DNA from: Enoplolaimus lenunculus
Lineage: Eukaryota
Assembly: GCA_030248215.1 (NCBI GenBank)
Contig: JASANG010001329.1
Span: 372,001-436,000 of the forward strand
Reading direction: 5' to 3'
DNA: 64,000 nucleotides
Positions 1 through 15,700 of this stretch are shown here, piece by piece. The translations under genes were made by a program, and so were the position numbers. Position 1 is the stretch's first letter; each line of letters opens with the position of its first letter. The notes under the pieces are model-generated. The model was not told where the DNA came from. It was given only the letters and a program-made list of their open reading frames with translations, and did not search any database.

Positions 1-644
1 AAGCTTATTGTTAGGTTTGAGTTTTGTTTTCGGCTTTACCCCTACGTGCGTCTTATTAGCTCACTTGACAGCCGAATAATATTTGTTTAAAAAGGGTTAC
101 GTTTTATGTAAATTTCGAAGACAGTTGGTTGCGTTACTAAACTTGATATGTTTATAAGTATATCTGGACAATAGTCACGAAAGATGACCACCCCTTTAGT
201 ACTGCTTGGTTAACCTGCCTCGCTGCAAGTTCACAAAATTAGGGCTAATTTTTAATGGATTTAAATTAGGAAAATTTGCGAAAATTAAAAATACTTATGC
301 AAAATCCACAATAAGGTGCGTGCAAGGCGTGGAAATACAACTTTAGTATTTCGAGAACACTTTTAAGGTCAAAATAGAAGACGGTAATTGATTTCAGAAA
401 TTGTGGTATATGGAAACGTTGTTTTAAAATTTTCGAGTAAACAGTAAATTGAAATTAAAACTAAAAATTTTAAAATTCAATTTCTGATTAACAATATAAA
501 ATTTCGGTTACGAAGGGAAATTGATTTTACAAATTTTGAGGTAATGGTAATTTAATTTTGCAATTTCAGAGTGTAACCGTTTCAGAAAAGCCCTTATCGA
601 GCTATCTGGGAATTGAATACGAAAATTACTAAAACTAAATTCAG

Positions 645-785
645 TTTCCCTCTATGGTGCATTAATGAACCTTTTAAGCGCTGAAGATCAAAGAGATTTG
701 TTCAACGGTGGGCGGAAAAGTAGACCATGGCCTGCTGATGGCACTTGTAAAATGTCTGAAGCTAATATGAAAGGTTCACCACAAA
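645..785 (+). CDS. Tentative 5' exon ([46 protein letters not shown]), phase 1-1
   Basis: ttcag acceptor at 643-644, A|GTAAGC donor at 786, 141 nt open frame. No homology recognised. Confidence 0.35.
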
Positions 786-3700
786 GTAAGCAAGCTTCTA
801 TTGTAAAGTGATTGCTTTGCAACCCATACTCATCAGCTCAACGTAGGGTGAAAAACTGCACAATTTGTGGGGAGGTTACGAGAATTTTATATAAAACATT
901 TCTGGGCAAAACAAGGGTTCTATAATTTGCTGAGCCTGAGCCAGACAAACCATTAATATTTTAATATTTCAGAATGTTGCGTTTAATGCTAGAATAAGGT
1001 TTGATACTAACCCCATAATTATGATAAAATCATTCATCCTAATGTTTAGTACGAGGGCAGTTTTAAAAATTACATAGAACGTGCAAGTATATAATGAAAG
1101 AACATTTTTCACAAAGGAAACCTGCCATTTGTCTTCCAAAATATTCAAAATTACAAGTAAATTTATCATTTTTACGCCAAGTTCGTTAAAAGTTTCATTA
1201 CAAACGACGTATTTTATTGCTAAGCAAAAACAACCTTTACCATTCACTATAATTTCAGAATCTGCGTCTGACTCAAATTCGAACACTACTTGGTCGCATA
1301 ATCGCACGGTTTCATTGTCGAATAGAAAAGGTAACCAGTAGTTCCGATGCAGGCTATGGTGGTCCCTCAAAATTCCGGGGTGGGGAACCTTTGCTATGAC
1401 CAAAATATTTTTCAATTTCTTACTTTAAAATCTTGTTAGGGTGAGGACCTCTACTTGGGGTGTCACCAAATGGGGTATGGGAGGTGACAGCTCTGACCCG
1501 GGTAAACAGTACCAAAAAGCGTTCAAATTTAGCAATCTTGTTCGAAATATCCTAAGATAACCTAAATCAGTCACGCTGAGCAGTTAATTGCTTTCAGTTA
1601 AAAATTACTTCTACTGTGGAATAGGATTTTATTACCGTTAACTTTGGAAATAGTCAGAAACGTTTCAACACAGCCTCTTTGATAATATAACTAACATATT
1701 TGGTTATTGGACAAAACAAATATTGCTTGCTTAACTTAAATTAGTGTTTTTTGATTTTATTATTACATTTATTATTTTAACTTTCCTGAGTATTGCAACA
1801 GTTTGAACCGCTTATGGCTCGTATACCGGTTGAATTTACCGAGTAAAATAATATTAAGTAGAAAAGGAGTGTATTAGGAGTTTTTCAGATGCAAATTGAA
1901 CGTTTTTGATATCAGAAACTCATCATTTTCAACGAGGTTATGATTAGCGGATTCTTTTTCCAGTAAAATGTGTGTTGGCTCGTTTGGAGAGGGGCCTCTT
2001 TCTTTCCAGAAGGGTCGCACATGTGAATCAGAAATTAAAAAAATTGATATGCAGGAGAATACAATGTTATTTTGAAATATCAGATAAAGTTGCTTCTTTG
2101 TGTTTTATTTTGTATGTTCATTTATATGCTTTACTGCGTTATTTTGGTATAAAAAATTTAGTTTTTGCTTAAAAAGATCGCAACCGTTAGCTTTACTTTA
2201 AACTACGTTCAATTTTATTTTTGGGCAGATAATAGTTATAATTTTACGTTTTAAGTTTAGCTTCCAATTTTAATTTCTGCTAAATACAATCACGCCCATA
2301 GTCCGTCCAATGTGGTAGTCTGGACTCGCAATAATTTCCCAATGTGGGAATGTTCTTTAGGAAATCTTTTATGCTTTTATACTTGTAGGGTCCCAACGTT
2401 TTGCAGGAAAGGGTAGATTATTTTTAGCGATTAGCTAAACATGTGCGCGTTTTCGGTTCCGGACCCAAATCCCATCCGGGCTATCACAGACACTAATGTT
2501 CTATGATACCGATTAGCTAAATTTGATTTCATTTTGTCGCAAATGCACAACAAGTGTTTTGAATGGCTGAAATTGGACTTGAGTTCGATGTCTGACTTTA
2601 GAACCAATCACAAAACATTAAATCAGCAGAAATCACTACATTGGATAGAACATATGAGCGCAAGTACTTTCTTGGTAAAAATAATATCTAACCCATCCTG
2701 GCGCAACATATTCGTAAATTTAAGTACTGCATTCGTTTCGCACGGGAACGTTATTTTAAAATTGCATATTTGAACTCCTCAAGACTTATACTCTGAAATT
2801 TCACACCCACTTGCATTTTGAAAAAGTCTGTTTTCTTCGGTCCCAGGGCCAAACTTATTGCTTAAATGACAATGTCGTGCGCAGACATGATAGGCTTTCG
2901 TCATATACCATAAATTTGGAAACGATGTTTTGACGCTGTAATAACTCTGCATTGTTTCGAATGATAAACTAATTCGTTTTGATACTTTTGTCCGTGAAAT
3001 TTAGAGAAAATTGCCCTCCTATGTCTTAAAACGGACCTTTGGTGTGGCCTATAATTCGCGAGGCTATGAGTAATGCTCCAACGGACGGCCAAAGCTGCAG
3101 TCGTACTCCCGCCGCGGTAAGTAGCAAGGAGCCGTTTGGCTGAATTAGCGGAGGTGAGCTGCTACTAACTGACTGTACAAACGCTCCTACAACAGGGCAT
3201 CGACACCAATGTTTATACTTCCAAGATTAGTATGCAAAGTAATTGCTAGGTGCACAAAACGCACCAAGGCGAAAAAATTTTACATTTTAAGTCTATGTGA
3301 CCAAGAGTTTAAATACTGTAACTTAAAAATTTCATCAGTGTTAGACCTGTATCCTTTAATACAAACGACTTTGCATTAAAAAGTGAATGAGATGTTCGGA
3401 GATTGGCAGTGTTTCATGTGCTTAACGAGCATCGCAAATACGTATACTGTTTTCACGGTGCCAAAAATGTTGCAGAATATCACATAAATATTAAAAATCT
3501 GTATTATTGAGTAAAAAATCTAGCGTAAAATTTGTCACGATAGAAAACGGTTTCAACAAATTCTTTTGTATCCAAACCACATATTTCTTTGGAGATTGCC
3601 GCGAGCGAGAACAGGAGTCACCGCCCGAGGGCGGTGCCAACAAACTGCGTTCATCATAACTGAATTTTTACCATATGATAACACGAGAAGGAAAATATTT

Positions 3701-6700
3701 TCGTTGTCACTTGATGCCACTTATTAATTTAAATTTCTCAGTTACGCCACTTTATTTTCATGCATATGGTTTCGAAATTCGCAGAATTTTGATGATAGCG
3801 GTTTATTGTTAAAATTCAGTCCATGTTCAAAACGAGCGTCGACTTGAATCTGATATAACACAGAATTTCATTAATACTATTTTTATAAAGTTTGTGTAAT
3901 AGAGAGAATTCTCAAAATTTACTTCCCCAGAGTAAACTCGAAATAGCTGTTTATATATTTAGGTTTTGGCGAAAAAGTTAAAATATCGTAAAATTAAGAT
4001 GTAACTTTCTGTAGCTTAATCATTGCATTATGTCAAATAGCTCGTTGCATTGGCCTAAAAATAAAGAATTCCGTAGCGTTGCTATTCTTTAACGTATATC
4101 TGTGGGTTTAGCAGTTGATAGCTTTCATTGATAGTTTGCAAGGCCGGCATAACATCCGCCAATTCAATAGCCTGTCAAACATATTTCTGGGGCAAAAATT
4201 TTCAGGGTGGCCTGCGCAGTTACGTTGTCACGATTTTTTAAAGAGATAAATCGTCTAGAAAAAGTTGAAAAACTTCCTACGAACCAGAACTAAAATTTCA
4301 AAAATTGGAGTTCAACGCGTACTCACTCCTCTGCACCAGCTTCGTCCCTTGGTCGAAGGGGATTTGTATAATTTAGAAAATAAGCTAAAATATTTGCAGC
4401 GAACCAATTCTTTCCATAGTCGAGCTGTACCCAATCAGCCTTCTAACCGTTGATTCAAAAGGATTATTATGAACCAGTTGTGTAATTAATACTAACAGAA
4501 ACCTGGGTTTTAGTTATTTATATTTTACGTTATACAGATATTTATTTTGTTTTTGTTTGTGTTTGATTTATTTTTAATTTAGTTAGCTACAAGTATACTA
4601 TACTTCGATCGCCTCCTGTTCCGATGCGTCAGTTGGAGCTGGTAAACGAAGGAGTGGAGACGAAATTCGACTTAGCGCGATCACGATGTAAGGGTCCGTG
4701 AGTTATATTCAGCATACAACTTTGGTGTCTTCTGTTTTTCTGCATGCTAACTGGTGCTGGATACAGACTTTGACATTGATTTTCTGGACCATATCAAAAG
4801 TAGAGGCTTGACAGCCGAAAAACAGCGGACTGTGGGACTTGTAGAGACTGGAAGTTTAGGCTTAGGCTTAGGCTTCGATTTAGGTTTAGGATTAGGCTTA
4901 TGTTTAGGCTTAGGTTTAGGTTTTGGCTTAGATTCAGGCTTATACCTACTTAGTAGGCAAGCGCCTATGCTTAACATGGGCCGATTGTTTAATTCAAAAC
5001 CAGTTTTTACTACAAAAACAATAATAACAAAAGTAGGGCCATAGGTTGCTCGACATTTTAGGGGGTGCCCAACTGTCTTTGGAAGAGTATTCACGGATTT
5101 CACAAGAACTGCCAGTAAAGTTTTCGGCACGAATACTTAATGTTTTTATCTACGAGGCTGAACAAACAATATTTGATCCTCAAGCAATATTTAACAAATA
5201 TTACTAACGTGACGTGACGCCGCAACTTGGATTTTGTCTACGGTTTTCAACTTGTTTTGAACCTAATTAAGCATTAAGCCAAGCACATGGCTGTGCTGAT
5301 ATGAAATGCTTTAAATATTCAATGGTATCTTGTAGTTTCATTGACTAGAAACGGTTTAATTTTGTTTTCGAATAACAAATACCTAGAAAATTGAATTTTT
5401 TCACCAGCAGTATTGTATACGCTAGAAATACTCAAATTTGAGCCAGGCTAATTATATATATGCGTGTATCAAAGTCAAAAAACGTGTAGCAAAAATAACG
5501 GAAACGGAAAACGGGTCTTGAAGTATAAAAGTTTCAAAGCTGTTTTATTTTCTGCCAACTGAATTAAAGTCCGCAAGTTATTCACCGGGCATTCGAAAAT
5601 CGAAATTTTCAAGATTTTGGATGAATTTCATAATTTTTATATCATTTCAAAAAAATCGAAATGTTCAAGATTTTGGATGAATTTCATAATTTTTATATCA
5701 TTTCAAACGGTTGCAGCACAGCCCATTTTTTGGGGGAACGGTCCCCCAATGCCCCCCGTATGGGCGCCCGTGAGCAACGGCGTGTTTATGTAGAAAGTTT
5801 TCGGGGTTGTTGCCTTTTCAAATGACCAGTTTGCTTCAGAACAGTTGTGGGGCAACAAGTGCAATTAATTGTGCATAATATTACGTTTATTAGCCGATTT
5901 CGCCGAACAAACCAAAATCAACGCAACCAACAGTGGTGGTTGTCTGGGGCATATACAAAGGGGGATAAAACTGATTTACCCTCGAAATTTGTGAAGAAAT
6001 TTAAAAACACTTCTAATCATACCCCTTTGGATCCTAGCTAGATAACTCGAAAAAATTTCCACACTCGCTGTATCTACTCGCTCGCAAAAAACGTTTACAT
6101 TATGATGTCCCGTCACGAAATCACATGCTGGCTGCACCCCTGGTAAGGGTACCATTTGATTTTGGCAAAATCTGGTTTAATCGCCATTTGTACGTTTGCC
6201 ACACGTGGAAACTTTTCGGACATTTTTGAAGCTTGTGATGTGCAACAGAATGTCACGGAAGTTAATGCATATTATTGGGTTTAGGTCTGATTGCACAAGC
6301 TTTATTAGGTTTTTGTAGTAAGCTTTCTCAACAATGACCAGAAGTTTGCTTGCTGGTATAATACTATAAATTCCTGTATGTCTTCAGTTGAGTAGCTTAT
6401 CGAAAGTTTACGATCATTGGCGGTTCGAAACGAACCAGCGTATAACAAGCCCTCAAATTGTTTCAAAATCAAAATTTTTGCTAAGTATTAGAAGTAAAAT
6501 TGTCTTTTGGCTTCAAGTACACTTCACGTGTTAGCTTTTTCGATTATATATAACGCGGACCATTCGTCAGGAGTTTCTGGATCCATCACTTTCTAAGATT
6601 AGGTTTGGTCATTTCAGGTAATCTGTATACCTAACAACTGAGCTAAGCACTGTATTTAGAAGACCTACCTTGAATTATTCGTATGTTCGATTGCTTTTTA

Positions 6701-9700
6701 AGCACTAACCAGCAATGATGCATTAATATTTTGTCGCCGAAAAAACTTGCTTTTCTATACTTTGAAATTGTATATTTTCCAAGCAAACAAAGTAAAGTGC
6801 GCCCAGGGCGAATATACAACTTTCGTTTCTGCATCACGGTTAACAACTGTCTTAGCTAGGAAATCATAGTAATTGTGAGGTTCAAATGACAAAATTGCAT
6901 GCTTTGGAGCAATCCCAACTCGTCCTGGATCTGCTCTTGCCTGTAGGATTATCAAATGTTTGCTCGTTTCAGAATATCCATAACTTTGTGAATGTAGATC
7001 TAGGTATACGCAAGCCCGTAGCCAAGGCGGAGCCAGGGGACTCAGTCCGCCTAGAAAATTTTCAGCGTTGCTTGCAAGTCTTTAACAACCCGTGAATGCC
7101 CCTCCTGACAAGTTTTTAGCCCCCCACACCAGCAAACTGAGCTGGTTACGGGCCCAGTTGGGTATACAGCTTGGAATTAAGGATTTGACTTGAGTTCATA
7201 CCGCGCACAAGCCGTCGCCCTACGGGTCGATTTACTATTTAGTATCCTACACTGTTAGCTTTGCCAAATACTTTATTTCTACATTTTTGCTCAGCAGGAA
7301 AGTTTTTATCAACTGCATTGAAATAACGCTGTTTTAAGAAAAAAACTATCTTGTGCAAATATTTGTATACTAAAAATCACACCAATAACTGTAGAAATTG
7401 GTCATAGATATGCCGTCATTTTAGTGTTGGCTGGTATTGCTTCGTTTTATTTGAGAACGTCTTAGTTTTCTTAATGCTTAACGCCTACAATAATGAGCGG
7501 CTGCATAGTATTGATGCAGGGTTTACGTTATAACTGGGGCAACCTGTGACACGTTTTTGTCCCTATTACAACAATGGGTAACATTTTGTCTGCACGTCGA
7601 TCCGCTATCGTATTTAAAATTTTGAATTGTCTGCTATCCTGATGTGACGTTCACTGTTTGTACTGCAACTGCAATATCATATGTGATATTAGAAATGTTG
7701 TCCATGAATGTCATATATGTTTGAAAATGTCTGCAAGGTTGCGGTAAACTAGACTGAATGTCCTGTAGAATGTCAATATGATATTCCGACATGTCAGGGG
7801 AGAGGAGAAAAACATTTTCAAACTTTTTAATTGTATCTTAAACTTATAAAAATTGTCTCGCTGGCTGCGCTGTCTTGCAATAATATTTTAAATGAGGTTA
7901 AAATACCCAACCCATCTGAAATAAAGTTTTGTCTCTTGAACCCTTTCCCCCGAGTGTACGTTCAGGTGTAAACTCATGCGTAAGCTTAGATTTGGAGATG
8001 CTTACCTAAGCCTACACATTACCCTTTTTTAGATGTATGGGCGGATCCAGGATCTCAAAATGGGGGGGCAAAATTTTACTGGTAATAAACTTATTTTTGA
8101 CCCATACTGTACTGTCATAAAAGGGGGTAATAAGAGGGGGTCACCATTTTGAGTCCCAATCAATAGGAGTCCGTATTCCTAATAAGAGTCCGTACGGGGT
8201 AGAGTCCCTAAACGCTCGTTAGAGTCCATAAATGTCTATTATCCCTAATTGTACCGCATAAATGACTCCAGATCCAAACAAAGGTCAGTTGGAAACCTTA
8301 AAGCGTGCTCAAGTTTTGAAAGTACAGTCCTAAGTATAAGTAACCTTGCATTATCGCTTAAGTTTTTGATAGAAGACAAATAAACGTTTAATTCAACAAA
8401 TAGTTGCAATACCGAATATGTAAGTTCACTTTTATCTGTTTGAAAACAATTTCACAATCAAGCTTCGGAATTAGTGAAATTATTGGTTCGGTGACACCGT
8501 GCTTAGTACCGACAAAACATCTAATCATTCGAGACTGCACTAAAATAACAGGGCAGCTTATTATAAGCTGCTTATACTATTGTGTATAAAACAGAGAAAT
8601 AAACAGCGTAGAACAGCAATTGACACTATATAAATTTTGTCGAGATGCTGTTGGGAGGGCCACGTCGGGGTGGCCCCCATGGATCCGCCATTGTGTGAGA
8701 ATATATACAAGAGCCACAATCTTAGCTACAGCTCTTGTAAATATTGGTGGTTGTGGCGACTCATGCTCCGATAATGTATTTTACTTGCAATTTACATTTT
8801 TAATTGGGCCGCATCCTGAAACTTAGAACCCTTTATCAGTGACGAATCTAAATTTATAGTGGGATATATGAGGCTGGCCATGCTCTCCTGTTGACTCCGA
8901 GACCAATTTTAGAGTTCTCTTTTAGCCATGTTAGAGGCATGTTGCGATTATTAGATGTTTTTGATGCGTTTACCGATAAATCAGTGCAGCAACCATAACG
9001 TTTTTACAAAATTACTGGTATAGAATCAATTAGTAATTGGCCTTGACGAATTTACTATTTTATGAAATTAGTACTTTGGCCTAGGCTTAGGCTAAACTGC
9101 TACTGAATTTATATACCCATCAGTTTTGTTTGGTCAGACTCAATATCGGTTATCAATCAGCGCTGGTTTTACATCAGTGTGGCATAAACGAAACAGCTAT
9201 TTACTCAAAATAGAACTTCCAGCGCAGAATATACATTCAGAAAGTCCTGTACCCTGCACACTGTGCTAGGGGGGCTAAAAATGTTTCACGAAACACATAC
9301 AAGGGTTTTCGTTGACTTTACAAGTAATGTCGAAAATTTTCTAGGGATTCACAATTTTTCAAGGGGGCTAAGCCTCTCTTCTGCCCAAGCTTGTTTGTTT
9401 CGCGCGATCTATGCCGGACGGCGACGGAAATCGTTAAAACTGTTAAAAGTATAGCGCACCATAATGCGAGCACGCAAGCGGAATTCTCATATATACTTTT
9501 TTTCAAACTTGGTATTCACTATACAGAATAAATGGTTTCTAGTACTACTTAAACACAACTATTTTCGCAAACTGTTGTGTTTGTTGTTGCGCAGTTAACC
9601 TAAAACTGTCAAATTTAAAATGTATTAATTATCACCCAACACAAAACTAAAAATGATTTCAAATGCAAAAGACGAAAAGAACAACTATAAGTTTTAACGG

Positions 9701-12700
9701 TTAAGTGATATCAGCGTCGGATCCAGAAAATTCTGACGGATGGGCATGCGAGAACAGTTATTAAACGCAATTTCTACTGTATCCAATATATGTGCCAATT
9801 TTCTGAAGGTTACCATTTTATCACATAAAATTTCTAACTGCGGGGCGTACGCCCCCCTCCCCTGTGCACCCGCTAGTGAATGTTATTTACGGTGTTGTAA
9901 AACTAAAACATAAATGGTGAATCTACATTGTTCGGTTTAGAAACTGTTATTTATTTTTAACCCAACTCAAAGTTTATGCTTTCAAACTTAAGTATACTTC
10001 TGTATGTCGGTCATGTTTACTTTGAATAACTTTTGAACTCTATTGATTTGTTGACTCTAATTGTAGATATAGACACCTATTGGGTTGGATTCAAAATAGG
10101 AACACCATCTCTTATTATCTCCCAGCTCTTATTCGCGTCACTACAATAGATTGGCTTTGGTACGAGTATTGTTTTCAAAAAGAAAAAGAAAAAAAGCTGC
10201 CTGTTGATGAAAATTTGATACAATAGAAAACTGATTTGTTTCTAAAATTGATCTTAGGCCAGTTGGAATTAAAGTTTAATTTGTTTAGTTCGATATTAAC
10301 GTCGGAAACTCTATGTGGTGGAGTTTTTTGCAATATTTCATGACGTTTCAGCCAAGTTCAAAATTGCCGTTGATATCTTAATTTCGTGGTTTTGTATCCT
10401 TATGTACTCACTGATGGCATACAGTGAGCTCTACCTACGATGAAGAACTTCTGTTGCGGAAGCAGACCCGTAGCCAGCTCATTATGCTGGGGGGAGGAGC
10501 TGAAAAATTTTCAGGAGGTGCATGCAAGGGTTTTCGGTAACGTTCAAGCAAAGTTGAAAATTTTCTTGGGAGCGCCACAAGTACTCCAGGGGGGTCTAAG
10601 CCCCTTTCGGGCCCTCCTCCTTGGCCACAGGCTCGCGCAGAAGGACTTTGTCTATTTGAGAATCACTATTTTATTTATTTTATTCAGTATATATAATTTT
10701 ACCTTATTTTATTTAGTTTATTTATTTCAACATGATTCCACTATTAAACACTGATCAGTTATACTGTTTTGAATTATTCGCTTTAATTGGTTCGACCATA
10801 GTCGTGCTACTAGCAACGGGATTCATTGGATTGTGGTACTCAAAGAAGCGGTACATTAAAACAAGAGATAATTGCAATGGTTCAACTCGAGTGTGTAAGA
10901 AAACTGTATTTTCTTATTGATACTGTTTTATAGCCCCTGTAAAGATCATGGGCGGTACGTTTTTCTGCGAGACCGCAGTAAAGCTTAAGCTTTAGATTAA
11001 TTTTTTGACTTAGGCTTAGGCGTAGGATCAGGTATCAGCTCATTCTTACGCTTAGGCCTAGGCCTAGGCTTAGGAATATGCTTATGCTATTGTTACAGCC
11101 CTGTTCTATGCATTAGCCATATAAACGGTAGCTTAACGCTACAATAAATTTTTGCGTTTTCCGTTATCCCTCTAGTCCGCGATCCTCAAAAATGATTGGA
11201 TTTTGAAAATTTTTTGCGTATTTGAGCTAGCTATGACCTCCACTAATCACTTAACGCTCAAATTAGAATTTTTTAATAGACAAATGATACATCTTTCGAC
11301 GCAGCTTGCGGAGCTGAGTGCAATGGTGCTAAATTTTCCGCAATTACACGTACGGTTAACGAGTTATTGTCAAGTAACTAATTTGGCGCGCTGGTTAAGG
11401 TAAGCGCAAATAATTCGTAAACTTAAAAAACAAGTGAAATCACCAAACTCGCTCGTTTTGAAGCAGAAAGAAATTTTTCGTTTTTCAAATTTAATTACAA
11501 CCCCCTTCATGTACACGACAATCTTCATATTGCGCTCAGACACTATAGGGTCCTTGGTGTCTGTATTTTTTGCCTAGGTTCCTTGGTGTCTGTATTCCCC
11601 CCACCAGAAATCAAAACGAAAATTTTATGTTAAGATAGTGTTTATTTGGGCCAGCAAACCTATTTTTATACTACTACCCGTTCTGGATCGCCACTAGACA
11701 CAGGCACAGCGCTGTCCAACGGCGAATAACGATAAAAGAGACGTGTGTTGTAAATAGGAACACCTTCAACGCATATATCTATCATTTTGCAATAAAATTG
11801 AACTAAAACTATTTGGGACATTCAAGCAGCAATAAAATAGCATCAAACATTTCAAGTGGTGCCCAAAAACTTTATCAACCATGACGATATATAACGATTC
11901 TTTCAATAGGTATTTAAACGCGTATAAGTAGCAACGCATGCAAAATTGGTTGGTGTTTGTGGAGCTAATCGGCTTTTTAGATAGTTTTAGTTAAACGTTT
12001 TACAAGTATATTTTCTAGACGGTATTGTAAAAGTGTGTTTGTTTTGATGTTTTGCCGATGTTATTTGGTCGAGTTGTGCTTATGGCACCAATCCATAATT
12101 TTAAAAACATTTAACTCGGTGTCTCTTAGTCTCCGACTTAATTTTTTGATGCCGTTCCCAAAAATTATCGCGATGGTAAATTCGTTGTAATCATGACCTG
12201 GATTAAAAACGTAAATAAACAATTATTTTTGACGTCTGAACGTTTTTGAGTCTTTAACTTTTTTCCTGTAAGAGGCGCACAGTGGAATTTTTATTTGATG
12301 AGGTCACGCCGAAAGCTACTTATCAAGGCAATATTGGCAAACGGAAGGTGCTTACCTGATATAAATGAATTAGAATTGTTGGGGGGGGGCGGGGAAATGC
12401 AGCACTCATATCCCCTTCTACTTACGACTTTGTCTTTTGACCATCTGTCGGGTTTTTAAGTGTACTTCTCTCAACTTTTGAGATTATTGAGTATTTGTGT
12501 CAAATGTTTTTCGGACGTTTTCAATGTTCGTATATTTGTAAGCATGTGTAAATTTACATAAATATATAACTACAAACGTGCGTCTCAGCGTATGTTACCA
12601 TCTTAGCTCTGCCCATGAGTAGTTTTGTTATAACATTGAAAGGCAATTGAATTCGCAACTGTCGAAATAATTTTAATTTTAACTTTTCTGGTATAATTCG

Positions 12701-15700
12701 CGATTGATATTGATTGATATATCGACCAAATATCACAGCACGATAACTTAATAAAGTTAGTATTGCCTGCCGTACTAACAGGCATGCGAAGCAACGAAAT
12801 TCCCCCGAGAATTCTGTCGCTAACTTTTAAGAAACTGTCAAATTTAGACTGGAATCTATCTGCGGTTCATGACCTAATCTTAGTTTACACTTGGCTATAG
12901 ACAGTGGCTTTCGACTGCAGTGTAGGAGACGAAATCTATTATGAGTACTGAAATGATATATGTACATATGTATGTATGTATATATACTGTAGTGACCCGA
13001 ATAAGAGGGGGGACCCCTTTATGAGTTCCAATCAATAAGAGTGTGTATCTTTAATAAGAGTCTGTAAGCGGATAGAGTCCCTTAACTCTAATTAGAATCT
13101 ATAGATGTCAATTATCTCTAACTGTAGCGCATAAATGGCTAGAAGATTAAATAAACTTGAGTTCGAAACTTTAAAGCGTACTTAAATTTTGAAAGTATAT
13201 ACATTCCTAAGTATAACCTTGCATTATCGCTCAAGCTATTGACGCAAGAAAAAATAAAATTTAATTCAACGGATAGTTGCAGTAACGGATATATCAGTAA
13301 CGAAGGGTGGCGGAGCGTGGGTGAAAATAAATAACAATTCGTAACCGAATAACAGGAGGTACCCTCTGGAGAGGCCAAATTAATATCAGTGCCCCCTCTT
13401 ATTCGGGTCACTAGTACATACATATGTCGTTTCAGCTCAAAATACGTTCCCTCTCATAAATTACAATCGAAAACTACTGGCTACAGAAAATATCAGTAGC
13501 ATCTGAATCCCGTGTTTGTTTGTCTGCTAGTTTTTTTGCAAAGTTTATACATAAAATGATTTAAAACTGGCTTCGTAGAAAAGTAACGCGGAAGCAATTC
13601 TGGCTAATTATTGCAGACCAAAGGGCAACCACAGCAGAAAATACCAGATCCATCAGCAAATATTAACAGAATCATAACCGTAGATGAAGCAAAATTAGAA
13701 AGTTAACTAACGTGGTGTCTTTGTCACTAATTTTACCAATAATCTGTTTTTATGAGTAGTATTTGTTTTTTCATATTTCTATTCTGAAAAATATCCGCAA
13801 GTAAAATAGCGAAAATTGTCTTGATATCACCGGCAAACTCACTGAATGGCACAGCTTTTATGAAAAATATCAAAAATTTGACCGCCGGAAACTCCAAAAC
13901 CATCGGCAGAACTCGTTTTTCTACCGGAGTTCAATTCAATTTTCTGCTGACGCCCTGTTGTAGACTGTAAGTAATTTAGGGCGACACATATAAAATTAAG
14001 CTAAGTCCGAACCCGAATTCTGGTCTCTATTATATGCTGTGGACAACTGATCCTTAATATCATTTCTAATTCGAAATCGAACCCTGGTGTTGTTTTCTCA
14101 TGGTCACAAACCAAAAACAATTATATATTTCAATGCGATTTATTCTTTTTTTGAGAAAATTACATTTTTTGCAAAAACAACAAGTATGCAACGCATGCCG
14201 AGCGAGCGTTCAGTATAGCTACAGGCTTACTTATAATGCCTAAGAAGCATTTACCAAAGACTATTTCTAAGCTAAGTCTTAACCTTAAAACGTAGGGGGG
14301 AAGTGTGCAATAGCCAATACCATTGAAAGTAAGCCATTTCAGTTAGTTATTAGTCGTAGAATTGGCAGTTTAGTATTGTTTTAATGTTTGTGCCTTGTTT
14401 CTTGTTGCTCTGAGTTAACGGTGAATATATGAGTTTTAGAAACTAGAAATTGATTTGAAAGTAGACCATGTAACCAATGTGTATTTAAATTGGGTTTCTG
14501 TTTACGATACCGGCCCATGTATAGAACAGGGCCGGATCATTTTCAGAAGTGCTATAATAGAGTCAGTTTAAGCTTTAGACTATTTTTTCCATAGGCTTAG
14601 GCTTAGACTTTGGCTTAGGCTTAGGAATAGGCTCATCCATACGCTTAGACTTAGGCTTAGGCTTAGTCTTAGGAATATGCTTATACTACTGTTCCGGCCC
14701 TGTTCTATACATGAGCCACGATGGCCTATACGAGTCAAGTTCAAGACTAAAATGTTTAAATAATATTCAACAGAACAGTTGAACCAGTTCGAACGTTATA
14801 TGAACACTAACGTTAAACTTTTTTTCATCGCAACGGCGTATTAAAATTGACGGCAGTGATGTATTGGCGTCACGACTCGCGTTTGACGACTGTTTAAAAA
14901 ATGAAAATTTTGAATAAATCAATATATCTTGACTTATATTCTTTTATCAACCCTTTTCGGATGACCGCAACATAAAGCAGTCCTGGGGTCTTGTTAGGTA
15001 ATGACCCGGCCTTGTTTAATAATTAATACGGCCGTAATTGTGGTTTGTGGAAATCTAAAGCGTCCTGGTCTTTTTCAAACTATATTTTGGTTACTAAATA
15101 CTGGTTTCGTCTCAGTTACACAACTGTTCTGTAGGGATTTCATTCGAGTACATATTACTATATTCGTATACGAGCCAATCATTTACGGACGTGCTGTGAT
15201 TAGATGAAAGTAATAAAATGTGTTTTGCTTATGGTAACGCAATAGTTTGGAATTTATTCTTTTGTTTGCATTTGATTTCGTCAATTTTGTGTAATATTTT
15301 AAAACCACAAAGTGCCAACTGCGAATTATACTGCATACATCTAGCAAAGCGCAGGGTACGTAGTGAAGGACTGAAACATTTCCTTGGTGATTTTTGCCCT
15401 GGGTTCAGTTGGTTACGCAAGAATCCGTTTCGAAACTTGAACGGGACATAACTTCCTATTGTTGGAAATCCTGCCAAACGTCCCTGTGTGGATCGTTAAA
15501 CTATTGTCCATCTAATAAGCACATACGGTCTCATTAAACGATTAACCGATTAAAAATTTCATTTTCATTTTAAATCTGGTAGGATGATACATTTTAATCT
15601 GTTCGCATGTTTCGATTATCTTTAGAGACACCTGTCTCACAAACTTCTCTCACTAAAACAAACATCTGTTTAACCAACTTCTATTTCGTTTCCACTATTT

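Noticed and set aside
969..1415. 148-aa minus-strand ORF
   Set aside because: Non-ATG start, AT-rich hydrophobic composition, and no recognisable domain or splice context.
4747..5130. ORFs encoding PKPKPK (-) and LGLGLG (+) repeats
   Set aside because: These are translations of the TTAGGC-type hexamer array in a MITE remnant.
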